Assembly: GCA_000182565.2 (NCBI GenBank)
Contig: KQ257466.1
Source of the DNA: Spizellomyces punctatus DAOM BR117
Taxonomy: Eukaryota
Length of the DNA stretch: 64,000 nucleotides
Strand: one strand, 5' to 3'
In this document: in pieces, positions 15,301 through 29,100 of the stretch
Numbering within the stretch: the first letter of the stretch is position 1
Layout: each line of letters begins with the position of its first letter
Position numbers and translations under genes: made by a program
The notes under the pieces: model-generated
Seen by the model: only the letters and a program-made list of their open reading frames with translations
Told to the model about the DNA's origin: nothing
Database searches by the model: none

Positions 15301-17497
15301 CATCTTCCTTTGCAAAAGCGGCGGATTTGTCGCGCTTCCGTCGGGGAGCACCAACCTTCTCTGACACCGGCTTTATAGGCTTTTCTCCTTCAAAGAGCTC
15401 GATCATCCACTTCAAACTGCACATTTCCTCTACCGTCGCCTCCAGGTTGGCGCATTTAGCTCTGATCTCGCGCACGCTACTGCACTTATGTGACAAATAT
15501 CCGTCAAGTTGCTTTGCAAATCTTCGGGTTTGTAGATCCTCTAACGCCAGTTTTTTGTCCTCCAAAAGAAATCGCTCATTTTTCCAAAGCTTATACGCCT
15601 TTTTTTCCAACTTTGGTAATTCCCTTGTACGCCACCTATTTTCAAAACCTTTGACCTCCTCGTCGATGATTGACTGAATCTTTTCGGAAGACAGAAAGCG
15701 AGTACTGCCAACAACGATCGGAAGGTGGGTTTTCATATCTCTCCGACCGGATCCTATCTGTGACGACGGAGGCCATTTTCGCATTCCTCTCCGTTTGCCA
15801 TTTCTAGCAAAGTGATCCAAGTCATGTTCGCCTTGTTTCTCCTCTTCTGCCTCTTCCTCATTCACTTCCATCTCCATTGTGACCATTTGTTCCCTCAAAC
15901 TTGACGCATTCGGATCGGAAATAGACCTAGCCTCCGCTTGAAAAGTGGCAGAGTTCCCCTTGCGCCTTATCTCCGCTCGCTCATCTTCTTGGCATTCCTC
16001 TTCCCATTCGGAGTCATTTTCGTAATCGTCAGTCTCAGAATCTCCATACAGGGGCAAGACTTCATCATCGTCTTCTTTCTCCAGGCGCTGGCGCTTACAT
16101 GCATATCCCCCGGGGACCCGTGGTGCGAAGCCGTGGCCTTTAATAAGCACAGGTGCCTTTGAGTTCCCGATTGTCATGTGACTGGGCTCCGCATCTTCCA
16201 CATAGTCAGTCTCGGGTTTTGCATATCGACCGGAATTATCTACCACATCTAGACACGAGATAAGGGTTATGTTGAGCGCATTATCCGATGTCAAGTCTTA
16301 AGCTATTTACCTTTGACTTCGCCATTCATGGTCTTAAACAAGCGCACCCAATGATTGGCAGTCTTCAGAGGCGGTCTCCAAATTGCAATTACGCTACCGT
16401 CAGGCGAGGTTTCTCGGTACTGTGGCTCGTCATACGTCAGGTTTGGCTGTCTTAGCATTCTTTTGATGGCGGACTATACGTGAAATATGAAAATACAGTT
16501 AACACGAACTCTGATAAACCGATAATTCAATTCAGCAGTCTACCTGGGCGATTGTCTGACACAATGAAAACGGTGGCCGAGTAGCTATGTCGTGAACCAT
16601 TATGAGATCTCGCAGCCGGAATCACTGCAAAATGCCAGCTTTACCTCGCTTCCTAATAAACACAAAGTCATCATTGTCATCATGAACTTCCTGGGATACT
16701 TTGCGCGCGGATCTATCAAAAAATAGCGCGGCGATATCCATGGCGTCATCATAGCGTGGACATATGGACTTGTCGGTACTTTGCGAATTACAATACTTTT
16801 CTGAACGGGCGCTGGCAATTCCCATATCAGTTTTGGGCCCCGAAATAGGCTGCTCTGATCGCGTTGACGGTAGGTCGCCTGGTACTTCCGATGTACTATA
16901 TGACCTGGAAAATTCTTGCTTAATGCTTTCTTGGGACCCTAGAGAACCCTCGGCTGTGTTTGGTAGTGGGAATGAAGAGGCATCCGCAATCGAGTATGTT
17001 GGGAGCAACAGTGGGAACATTGGTGTATCGATAGAAAAAGCGGCAGGGACGGAACCCGGTGGGGTGTTTGCCCCGGATTGCTGGGTGACGAGGGATGCAG
17101 TTGGGCTGCTGGATGCCGAGAAGCTGTAATCTATCCCCAGCATCTTCCTCAGCCCTTGTATTCCCCTCCATATTTTTCTCCGTTTACCAAAGGAGGTGAT
17201 ATTCAGCTCCTCCCTTAAGACGTTTTCACTCGAGATTTCGTTCAGTAGTACCGTCCCATCAATGTCGTTGTCTGTAGGAGGAATGACCGCGTAAGTAAAA
17301 AATCGAGTCCAATAACTCCGAATCTCGATGTTACGATAAAGATAACAGAAAGCTGCATTGTTCGACGTACCCAAAAAGCTGCCAACCAGATCGTTAAGCC
17401 CAAGTGATCTCACCCATTCTCCCACCGCGACTTTGTCCCATTCTCTAGGATCTTCACAAGTCGTGGAGGTACAATCTTTAGTGGTCATCCTTTTCAA
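9343..17497 (-). CDS. Large SNF2-family helicase (ATRX/ARIP4-like) with N-terminal SAM domain and Pro-rich C-terminus
   Basis: LKDHQIEGIRFLW, GCILAHAMGLGKT, LLVCDEGH, RICLTGFPLQNNLSEYW, KVLIFSRS, ISTQAGSVGVNL, DIGWNPSDAEQAVAR. SAM-like segment EWDKVAVGEWVRSLGL...NDIDGTVLL...LREELNITSFGKRRKIWRGIQGL. The 5' end is approximate. Confidence 0.9.
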
Positions 17498-18381
17498 CTG
17501 TACACCGCTGGAAGCCTGTAACCTGGCAGCTGCCAGCAGGTTAACTACTGGGCTCGCTACCGCTCCCGCTGAGGGGTGAGGTGGCCAGAAGAACCGAGCG
17601 TTAGCACAATTTTTCTAAGGCAATTTCTGAGCCAGCTAGTGTGGGGAAGAACCCATTGGAATAACTATCTTTGACGAGTGCTTCAAGGACAAGTGGTTGA
17701 GGCTCATGTCAAAAGCTGTCAGAAGCTCGACGCGGGCAAGCTTCTCCCATTGATTGGATCCAAACTGATTCAAATCGGATTTAATATATCCACATGAAAG
17801 TAAACAAATGAGTCAGAAATGATCACAGATAGGAATAGGGTATTAACAAATGTCGTTCAGCCCAAGTGAACTGCTGTGGTAATATAAATCATGATCGTCT
17901 ACACAACTGTCTTCTACAGGATTGTTTCAAGAATATGAATTATCTACACCGAAAGCACAGTGCAGCTCTCATATAGCGCGACAAGTATAGTTGTGGCCAC
18001 TGCACATAGCACCAGAGCGAGCCCTGGCTTTGCAAACTGGGTTGACTAGGTCAAAGTAAGATGAGAACCAATCTTGTTGCGAGCAAGTGACATTATTCCT
18101 TTGAACTTGACACTGTTGCTAATATCATTGGCGAACAGCAGATGGGTTGGAATATCATGCCACCAACTGGAAACTGTATTGTAAAGGATAATTTTGAGTA
18201 GGCAATAATGGCGGAGGTCGATCGCCGTGAAGTGGCTGACGTATTACCCGTGGCTTAGCTATGAGAATGGTGGGGGCGAATCGCCCAAATTTCGCACTTG
18301 CCAACTATCATCTTGTTTCAGTTTTTTTGTCCAAGTTAACGCTTTCATCACGGACCCCATCAACCGACAGCGTACACTGGA

Positions 18382-19784
18382 ATGGCGGGGGGGACTGCCT
18401 CTCCCACTGCCCCACCATGGCATAAAGTAGTGGGCATTACATTGGCGTTGACATCGGCCCTCTTCATTGGCGTGTCTTTTGTTATCAAGAAGAAGGGTCT
18501 TCTCAATGCGAACACATATTCTGGCAACCGACCCGGCGAAGGTCACGCCTATCTTAAAAGCGTCATGTGGTGGACTGGCATGATAATGAGTAAGTGACTT
18601 GTACAAAATATGAGGGTGCTAGTGTGCCGAGATAACACGTCTCGTTTTTAGTGCTTGTTGGGGAAATTTGCAATATGGCGGCGTATGCCTTCTCCCCAGC
18701 AGTGCTTGTAACACCCCTCGGAGCTCTTTCGGTGGTTATTAGTGCGATCCTCTCATCCTTGATCCTCAAGGAGCGCCTGTCCTTTTCAGTAAGCGGTATC
18801 TCGTCGCTATTATTATTCGCACGCCCTTACTCAGTTTGCTGTGCTCTTCCTCTTTAATAGGCAAAAATAGGCTGCTTTCATTGTGTTCTTGGGGCTACCA
18901 TTCTTGTCTTGCACGCACCCGCGGGAAGCTCTACCACTACACTGGCCAGCTTTTTCAATAACGTCTTGACTCCAGGTGCGTAGATATAGCATGCAGCGCA
19001 ATGGCAAAATATTGACCTCGGTTTTAGGCTTTTTGATCTGGTGCGGCATCAACGTGCTGGTTGTCTGTGTTCTAATATTTTACCTATCCCCACGATGGGG
19101 ACTCAAACATCCTATCATACCGATTGCCGTCTGTTCTCTCGTTGGCGCTTTCGTCGTCTTAGCAACTCAGGGTCTGGGTTCTGCTATTGTATATACTGTC
19201 TCGAATCCGGCCGATGCCCCCGCTCTTTTGCGGGATTGGCGCTTGTACTTATTGATCGGATTCATCATACTCTCGGGCGCGTTGCAAATTCATACGCTAA
19301 ATGTGGCATTGAACGTCTTTGCAACTGCTATTGTGACCCCAACATATTATGTTTGCTTCACCACCGCAACGTTAGTCGGTAGCGCTATTCTATTTAGGGA
19401 ATTTGCGGTAGAAAGTGCGGTGGCAGGAGCAACAGTTGGGTTAGGATTTTTAGTCATCGTAAGTATTCCTCCTCAATCCAGCACTCAGTCGATCGATTTG
19501 GTTACTAATTTACTTCATTAAAGGTTGGTGGTGTTTGCCTCTTATTTGCTTTCTCTCGCAAGGAGCGTCGCCGCGAGAAGCTCAGGTCCCCCTCTGTCCC
19601 GGACTTGGGATTGATTGAAGCTGGAAAAAGAGAAGCGGAGGAGGATGTAGATTCAGAGTCTGGGGAGTCAACCATGATGGATGATGCCGTTGTTCGTAGT
19701 CAGAGAGATAGAGTAGTTCCTGAAACACCACCTAGGTTGAGTCTTGGGGGAGTTGCGACCGGATCCTGGTGGACTCCTAGATAG
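18382..19784 (+). CDS. NIPA-family Mg2+ transporter
   Basis: [81 protein letters not shown]. Last exon follows an AAG acceptor and ends in TAG at 19782-19784. Confidence 0.93.
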
Positions 19785-19945
19785 CAGCTTTATGTATAGC
19801 CGTGATTATTGTAAATCATTTGTAGATAATAGCGTTACTGCGCACGGCGGCTGCCTCTTGTTGACATGCCAACCCACGCTTCCATGAGTTCACCGTAACA
19901 AACGTAATGGTTGCAGCTATTGTATTGCAGCGTGTATAGCCCATA

Positions 19946-22793
19946 ATGGCCGATACACAACCACCTGCTGGGACCCAACAGGGTCAAGCGCCAGGCCAAC
20001 AACAGAATGGGGGAGGGGTTATGTCAATCATCCAGTCCGTAGGACGCATAGTGCTGATATACTGGGTCGTGAATTTCTTCGCTTGTGAGTACTTATTTTT
20101 GTAGTTCTTGAGGTGTTTAGAAATCAATTCACTAACGGGCAACAAAAAAGCTTCGTTTAGAGGATCCAATCAACCTGTGCCTGCGACGACGCCAAATGGG
20201 AAAGGTGTTCCCAACGCTTTACTTCCTTTATGGGAGTACGGAAGGTCGACGGTCCGTTAGAATGCTTGTATCGTTAACCAAGATCAGCAGCCAAGTTCAC
20301 TCACACTGTTTTAATAGGACCTGCATGTATTTCTTGCAGAGAATGAATACCTGTCAAGCCTCGAACAGGCAAACTTGATATGGAAAGAAAGCAACATAGT
20401 CTACGGAGACTGGGAGGAGCGACGAAAGGATCTGCAGATTGATGCGCCGGAGGTGAATAGGATATTGTTGAATGATGGTGGTATTCATAAACCTGACTAT
20501 CTCATATTCGGACAAATAGAGTGTGCAAAACAACGGCAGTTTATATGCCCATATATTTCTGACGGTGTCCGGTCATTCACCGGATCGTAAGGATCAAACG
20601 TTTGACGAGGAATCTACATTGTATTACCGAAAACGTAAGATGCCAGCAGCACTGCGTAAAGTTCATAAGTAGATAACTGGACTTCACCGGCAGAGCTCAC
20701 GAGGTACATGCCGAAAAAGAAAGTGAAGAAGATGAAAAGCCTGGTTTCCAAAGCTGAAGATGCTGATGTTCAAGAGGTGCGTTTTCCCCCAGTTCTGATA
20801 CAAGGTATGCAAAGAATCGTAACATTTATTGCCTTCTCAGCTGCAGGAAGAGGATGACAATACGAATGAAGAAACGACAATTATATCGTACTGGTGGCCT
20901 AATGTGACGATCAGCATCATTAACTCTAAAGATCCCATACCTGCTGCAACTCCACCACAGCTGATGCGAAGTAAGCATTTTTCGATACGGTTCATATATA
21001 CCGGACAATGGACTGATAAGCCCATGTATTTTAGATGTTCGAACGACGCACGAAGGCAAACATTACTTTCCCGTATTTTATGTGAATGACTTCTGGATGC
21101 TGAGCGATCAGCTGAGTCCAATCAACACAACTGTCAAGTAAGCAGGCAGCCTTTACACTCAGCTGGACTGCCTATCTGACGCACCAGCGGTTGCTACAGA
21201 ACATTAAACGTGTCATTATCGTACTCCCCAATGGCCTGGTGGAAGTATCAGATGTATACACAGTTCGAAGAGTCCTTCCGTATGCAGAATACTATGATGG
21301 GCGTTGCTTCCTCTGAAACAGATGAAATGAAGGTAAGCCACTGCATTCCAGTCCAAGGCGGCTCCTTTGAACTTCGTCCCTGCTAACATTTTATGTCTGT
21401 AGCGCATGTTCCTGGAGACGAACCCGATTCTTCTGGGTGTAACGATGGTTGTGTCTCTTCTACATAGCGCCTTCGACTTTCTTGCTTTCAAAAACGGTAT
21501 GGAATCTCGTGTCCCATGCACCCACTTAGTCCACCGAACCTCATTGTACATCGTTTTAGATATTCAATTCTGGCAAAAGCGTAAAAACATGGAGGGACTA
21601 TCTTTCCGTACGATTGTCCTCAATGTATTCTTCCAAACGGTCATTTTCTTGTATCTTTTGGATAACGAGACTTCGTGGATGGTTGTTATTTCATCTGGAG
21701 TGGGATTGTTAATTGAAGCATGGAAGATTCAAAAGACGGTGATTGTGCGGGTAAGGAGTTACTGTATATATTTGTCGAATGACCTTGTCCCTAATTCCCA
21801 AAATAAAGCGCAAGGACACGTTCCCCTTTGTGGAGTTTATCGATCGGGTGAAACCTTCGAAATTAGTATCGAAAACTCAAGAGTACGATGAGGTGGGGTA
21901 TCCGTGCGATTCAGCTCAGTGTCGAATGACTAATGATTTGACATCCCCGTCATTTCAGCTGGCTTTCAAGTACCTTTCGTATGCGCTTTATCCCTGCTTG
22001 GCGGGTTATGCCGTATATTCGCTTCTTTACCAGGAGCATAAGAGTTGGTATTCCTATGTTCTGGGAACTTTGGTTGGGTTCGTCTACGCATTTGGTAGGT
22101 CAAGTGTTATCGCTACGCTGGTCAACGTAATTTGCATCCTAATTGATGACAGGATTCATTACTATGACTCCGCAATTGTTCATCAACTATAAATTGAAGT
22201 CGGTGGCGCATATGCCCTGGAAAACATTCATGTACAAAGGTGCGCTTGAGAGGATACGCTGATTGGCTTTCCAGAGATGAGCATGTGGTAATTTACTCTC
22301 TTACAAATCCACTTCTAGCACTGAACACCTTCGTAGGTATGTTCTAGCCGGCGGTACCATTATGAAATGAAATGCATTAGAGCAAAGATTAACCTTGCGT
22401 GTCTTCATTAGATGACCTGTTTGCATTCGTAATAAAGGTTTGTCTTGGAAGACGCTAGTTATCCACTCTGGCATTCAAACATTTGTTTGCAGATGCCGAC
22501 TCTTCATCGATTGGCATGTTTACGAGACGATGTCATCTTTTTGGTGTACCTATATCAAAAATGGATATACCCTGAAGATAAGCGACGTAGAAATGAATTT
22601 GTGAGTGGAATCGATACGCTTCTTTCTTTTGAGGTCGTTAACATGCATTATGCAGGGACAAGTCGGTGAAGAAGGGGCCGATGACGAAGAGGAGTCTGAG
22701 GCCGAGGAGGAGGAGCCAGCAGGCAAGAATGGCAAGACTTCACCTGCTGCATCTTCCAAGACCAATGAGAAGGAAAGCAAAAAGGATAAATGA
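19946..22793 (+). CDS. CLPTM1: CLPTM1/CLPTM1L-family membrane protein (putative lipid scramblase), many short exons
   Basis: SYWWPNVTI, RMFLETNPILL, FDFLAFKNDIQFW, KSWYSYVL, FGFITMTPQLFINYKLKSVAHMPWKTFMYKALNTFVDDLFAFVIKMPTLHRLACLRDD. Confidence 0.93.
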
Positions 22794-22926
22794 GGGAGGG
22801 ACTCAACATGATACATTATAGCAATTGAAATGAATTTTGATAGAGAAAATGCTGTCAGGACAATTTATATGAATGAGAACGCATATGTGTTGCTGTACAC
22901 TACTACAAATCTGGAGAGTCGGTGGT

Positions 22927-25896
22927 TTAATTGTCTACGGTCAACGAACGAGATATCCTCATCAATAGTCCCGCACAAGTAAATCTCCTTTCGAGATCAC
23001 TGGTCTCGGAATCCAATACGGAATCATGTCGCTCACTGTCGCTGCTGCTTATATCAGGCTCATAATCCGACTGGGCAAAAATCTCATCGAATTCCATGTC
23101 CAGAGGTGAGCATGAGTTCCACAGGGGATCTGCCAGTCGCATTAGTCTTGCTGCGCCCAAAATATTGTCATCTATACTTTGCGGCTGCCCCTCTTTGGGA
23201 AGGTTCAAGTCCAGAGGAACACTCCCTGGAGAGGTAGACCAAGGCGGGTCTGCTGGATAAGCCTCATCAGACAGCGGAGTAAGCGTTCGCAGTGTCCGAC
23301 CAGTGACGCATAATCGAAGACCTTGAGGCTCTACCGCGTGTTCATAATGTGTTTGAACCGCTTTCCCGTACTAGTTATACGGGTTTGTCAGGCGCAACCG
23401 ATTGTATTTGTGCATTTCACCCGGGGGGTACTCACCATAATGACTAAATCCCCATGGCGGGTAACGAGTTTTAATACGGTTTTTCGTGGAATATGCGTCT
23501 CACCCTCGTCAATTTTCGCAGAAACTGGCCCGCTAATAGTATGCAAGGAGTTTTCTATATTTGCTGTGGATTGTTCTGACTGTTTCTTCTGGATTGGCTC
23601 CATGGATTCAGTCTGAACTGGCTTACTGTCGAGGCGATTCTCCTGCGGACGCGCTGAACGGCGTTGTTTTGCCGCCTTTGCGCGCCCAATATCGAAAATG
23701 CACTTCTTCTTCTTCATTTTGCGCCGGAAGCGCATTATCGAGTCACTTCCCAGACTCCAGCCAATAATGGGACCCTGCACTTCCTTTTCTCCATCATCAT
23801 GCCATGACATCTTCTGACCTGCGTTAGGCAAGTCGATAAACAGGGTGCTAGCAGGATCCACTTGAGAACAAATGTACTTACCGTCCATGTAAAATATACT
23901 AAGCAGCTCATTGATTTGCGTGTGAGGAGAAACAGCTTGAAGAATAGATCGAGCACGTCGCACTGGCTCTGGTGCTGACCCAAAGTGGGAGTACGGCATA
24001 GAGATGGCGTGGCTGCAGGGGCGCATTAATTACAGGCTTACTGAAGCGCAGAATGGTATTGCCGTATTACCGATAGGCTTCACCAGCATTATGAGAGAAG
24101 TTTTGTGTCAGAAAACCTTTTACTGAACAACAAGGAGAGTTAGCGTCTCATCGTCGTCCAGCGTTATGCTGCACAAGGGATTGAATCACCTCTGTGTGCA
24201 GAGAACCGCCATCGACGCAAAGGTACAACACCAGTTTGATATTGCTCGAATATAGTGCTTCCAATCTTTGCAAGCTTATGGTGTGGGTCCGCCAGTATAT
24301 GCTCTATTCGCCCGCCTGTAGGCAACACGTACGTAGCCCGAATCAGTCCTCGGCAGATCCCTTGATCAATGACGTCCACATAGCGCTTTATGCCCGAGTC
24401 TCGAGCAGCAGCGAGACATCCCAAATGATCTTTCCATTGTGTTGAAGTGGATGAAAGAGTGGCGCACGGAACGGGGGTATTCGGATAGGTTTTCAAATAC
24501 TATATCCGGGGACAGTAAAGGCAGGATAACCCTCAGTTGTTCACCAGCTAGCCTAGTGTTCTGCATTCAAAATGATTACCCCGCACGAAGCACATATCCA
24601 CTTGTCCCAAATCTCACGACAGGTTATTCGTCCACACCGGCGACACCACAGCGCACATGGTGTGAACCTCTCAATATTGAGAGGAGGTGGAGGGGGTATG
24701 ATACTCTCCGGGATCCTGTGCTCATTAGAGTGTTGCTAGGGTGAGTCGCCGGAGCCACCGAAATAGACAAGTTATTTGATTGGGTGCTTACAAGGTCTCA
24801 AGATCACTGTCAAGTTGAACAGGACAAAGGAACTCGGGGTCAATTTCAAGTTCGTGGGCATCGGACCAGTATTCCCCATCTTGGATCTTCCAAAATCTCT
24901 CGCAGTCAGGTATGAGACATATTCCAGCGGTATACACCTTTGGCGAGTCTTTCCCGCACAAGGCACAATTATAGGTATGCCGTGTAGATGGTCGGACGCA
25001 CTCTTCTGTCATGAACCAAGGCTTTATAGTGTTTCTCGGTAGAAATTGGAATGCAAACTTGTATCGGAGAAAGTAATCCGGGGCGTTGGGTTCCTGCGGG
25101 AGTACACTAGGAAATTCTTTTTCCGCCCATGTCTGCGTAATAACATACCTTTCGAAAAAGAGAGTTGATCAGATGAATGACAAATACAAATCTAGCTATG
25201 TAGGAAATTACCATCCTAACACGCAGTAACGGTACGACGCTTGAAATCCTGCCAAGGTATATTCAGATCCCATAACCACTACGAAAGGTCTCTTCTCTCT
25301 CCATGTATTCATTAGTACTCGGATGGACCTGTCCGATTCCTCCTGAGACGCCCGAAGAGTAGCTTCCCCGAGATCTTCCTTTCTCATGGGATCCTCAAAT
25401 CGAACCGAGTGCCGTTGTCGCAAAGGGTCGTTCTTTCCTCCCCCATGAGAGATAAACACCCTTTCGCTCCAGGCATCTCGTTGTCTACCAAGTGTTAATG
25501 TCACCCTTTTTCAGACGTGCGAGGATAACGGGGCCAAAGAGTCGAGACAGTGCAAACAAGAATTACCCTGGGAAACCTGCTCAAAAGATGTTTCGCAAGT
25601 CCATCTTCCAAGCATTTTGAATAAGGGGAGAGTATACACATACCATCAATCATGTATCCCTGGACTACCCCGCCCCTGTGGTACACACCGCCTGTTGTTC
25701 GGCGGAACGGTCACTATATAGTACACCTTCTAGTGTATTGCTGTACAAACTCACTCTGATACGCCTTGAAATACCAAGTACCTAACATAACAGTAAGCAA
25801 CACCGTCGACAGTTTTTAGCAATTCTGGAATGAGACCTCACCTTCACACAGCTCTTGCCGTGTCTCACACCATACCGCAGGTCCTCCTCCCACCAT
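22927..25896 (-). CDS. AlkB-like 2OG-Fe(II) dioxygenase with N-terminal SRA/YDG-like region and Cys clusters
   Basis: Spliced N-terminus MVGGGPAVWCETRQELCEGTWYFKAYQSGVY...FISHGGG...YRYCVLGW. Cys clusters CALC...CLIPDC and CRRC...CASC. Catalytic set: NELLSIFY, SWHDDGE (HxD), WSLGSDSIMRFR, HGDLVIM, YEHAVEP (distal His), LRLCVTGR (2OG-binding Arg). Confidence 0.85.
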
Positions 25897-26196
25897 TGTG
25901 TTCGAAAATGTAGCCCATTACGAGCAACCGACGGCAGGCCAATTGATTGAATCGAATCTAGGCCTTGGTTTGACAATCGGTTATATGTGAATCCAATCAA
26001 GTATACAACCAAAATGGATCTGTGTGTCATTTGAAATGATGAATTTTACAGTTGTTATTTATTGACAGATACCAAGAATCGAATAATACAAATTGATAGA
26101 ATACAAATAATACATTTGCTTCGCCAGAAGCGAACCCAGTTTCACTACAGCACCTTTTTACACAAAAGACGTCCCAACAATATGGTTTTCCAGACT

Positions 26197-29100
26197 TCAC
26201 CGTGTTCCGATCATTGGCACGCCATGAGAACAAGCGATTTGCTCGGCCCCTTCAGCAAACTCTTCGTCCGCATCAAATTCTACTGCATCCTCGTATTGCT
26301 CATGTAAGACTTCCACCTGATAGGCATCCGAGACATTAACCTCCAGTTCAAGAACTTTCGCTACCTCAGTTTGCCATTGCCCATTCCTACGCACTACCTC
26401 GACCAACCGCTTTTCAAGCTCCTGTTCTTCGCGCCGCGATACTTCCAACTCTCGCTCCAAGATTTCTACATCCATCGGCACTCCTGCTGAATGTGGGTGT
26501 TCAGTTGACTGACCCTGCCATGACGGAGGTGGGCCTCTCAAACCAAACACCTCCCACGGAATAGGTACACCTGGAGCGACGGCACCGCTAGCCACGGCTG
26601 CGAGAAGAGGCGCTGGATCGAATACGATTGGAGCTAACTCTCCTTGACTATTATATGCGACAACATTGGTCAGCTCGATACGACCACGACCACGACCGTT
26701 GACATCCATCAATGTAGCATCCATGGGACGACCATGCTCGTCAACCAGTACTCCAACCCCAGAGGAAGCGTCCAATTCTTGGCCCTGGCCATAGTTACTA
26801 TATGTTTGCGGCGGTTGAGGAGAGCTGCTCCTTTTCTTCTTCTTCTTCAGGCCGTGCAAGGGTTGGGTGGAGTCGGACGTATTGGCCATCATCGCTGTAC
26901 TGGGCGCGTTAACAAGCATCTCCCCTGTAGACACCAATATTCGGACGGTCTCAAGCAGGCGTTGAATATGATTGTTCTCGAAAAGATTTTGTGCATCCGT
27001 GGGTGGACTGGAGGCCTCCGTAGCAGAAGGGGTTGCGAACCCAGACGACGTGACACTTTGCTCATCGTCCCCAATATTTCCATAATCGATATCACCATTG
27101 GAAGGATACTCGTCATGATCCGATTCCAGGCCATGGTCCAATCCATTGATAGCGCCAATGGCCGCCTGCGATAAAGCGTCTAACATATTCAGCCCTTGGC
27201 TAGAACCATCAGCCGCTGTGCCAGTGCCAGGTTCTTCTTCCCTCTGACGTCTACGCATTTCACGGGCTTCGCGAACTCGCTTCATCACGATCTCCACGCT
27301 GCGGCATTTCGCTTTCCAGTCTTCCGTCGTCCAACCGGCAGTGGCTGGGTTGAGTCCAACCCCAAACATCTCCGAAATTGGGGATGTCTGATCTATCGGT
27401 GTGTCTCTGGCGCTTGACCCAGAGCTAACGGTAAAGGTCGCAGTATACCGTGTGCCGGCTCCTGTGCCACTGGAAGACCCCAAACCCTTGGCCTTTTTGA
27501 GTTTCTTGCCACATACTGTCGCCCCTGGGACTCCGTGCTCTGTTGAAGAGGCTGTGGATTCACCAGCAGGATCCAAGCCGTTTCGAAACTTGTTCTGTAG
27601 CTTCGCAGCATACTCCTCGAGCTTGGTGACCTGTTCCGAAACACGCTGCATACTGCTCTTAGGGCCACCGACTTCGCCCTTACCCTTTGTCTTGCTTTTA
27701 GATTTCACTTCCTCCTCGCGACGCACTTTTTCGACCTGCGCTTCAAGTCCTTCGTACAGAAATGCCGCTGTCGTAGCCAGTCCCTCTAAAGCTTGATCAA
27801 TGAATGCATTTGCATCGATGTTCATCGCCACGCCGTTAACATTGACGTTCACGGTCCCATCGCCACACGAGTTATTCGCGTGAGCGGGTTCGGCGCCCCC
27901 AAAGGAAAAGCTTCCAAGGTTTGCAGCTAGCTGGTCAAGCTGGCCGATATTGATACCCAAAGTGCTCAAATCGAAGCTAGCAGTGGCTTCAGGAGTGCAA
28001 GTATGGCCAGGGGTTGATTTACCTTCTTTTCCTCCTGCTGGAGCTTCGGTTTTCCCCTGTACATCAATGCGGACATTGACATGACCATTCTCTCCCGCAT
28101 GGTCTACTGTGTATGAAGAGTACCCATAGCCAGCTCCAAGTTGATTCAGAGCATTCGCCAGAGCCTCCGAATCGATTTGCAAGTCAACCTCTCCTGTTGC
28201 AGCATTATGCGAAGTCAAAAACGAGGTTATATCCACCTCACCGGCGTGGCGCTGAGTTTGGCAACGTGATGGCTTCCGTGGTACGCTAATATCACGACGA
28301 GGGGGCGGCGGTTGGCTAGCCGGCACCCTTCGATCCAGACTAGCGGCCTGCTGCTGCTTCTTTTGCGGCTTTGAACTTTCGACTAGATTGGAACCTTCGG
28401 TCAACTTGCTGGATAAATTTCCCAAATTGTTTGCGGCACGGGTAGAGGGCACTCTGTCAAAGTCCAGCCCGAGGGTTTCCAACTTCTCTTTCAAGCCATT
28501 TGGAATAATGTTCGCACTTTGGGAGGCCGCAGGAGATGATTCCAGAGGTTGAGACTGTGTCTCTGACAATCGCGCCTGCAACGGTACATGCTTTGGAGCC
28601 TGGCGTACCGCAACCTTCTTCTCTTTCCGCTTTTTGGTCTTCCTACTTACTATTGCTTCGACCTCGGGTTCCACTGGAGGGGGGGTGGGAATATGATCCA
28701 CCACGTCCTTGTCTTTGGCCGCTCCAGTGACCGTGACCACTTGCGTCCCTGCTGCATCGTCGACCTTGGTCTTCGATCTCTTTTTCCTCATCTTCGGGCT
28801 GCTCAGAGGTGTCAATGGTCTACCCTTTTCGGTCGTAATTTCTTCCTGCTCGAGTGACGTATAGGCTTCTTTCTCGGTTTCCTTTTCGGCGGCTTTCTCG
28901 CTCATTTTTTCGCTTGCCGATGACACCTTCGAATCTATCTTCGAAGCCTTCCTCCGCGCGTCTCTTACTTTTCCGTCCTTCTCATTAGCTTGCGCCGAAA
29001 TGATGCCCACAGACAATGCAGTTCCATTTCGTTCCCTTTTGTCCTTCCCCGCTTGAGCCTGATCACGATCGGGAATATTAGGTGTTGCCGTTGCATCCCT

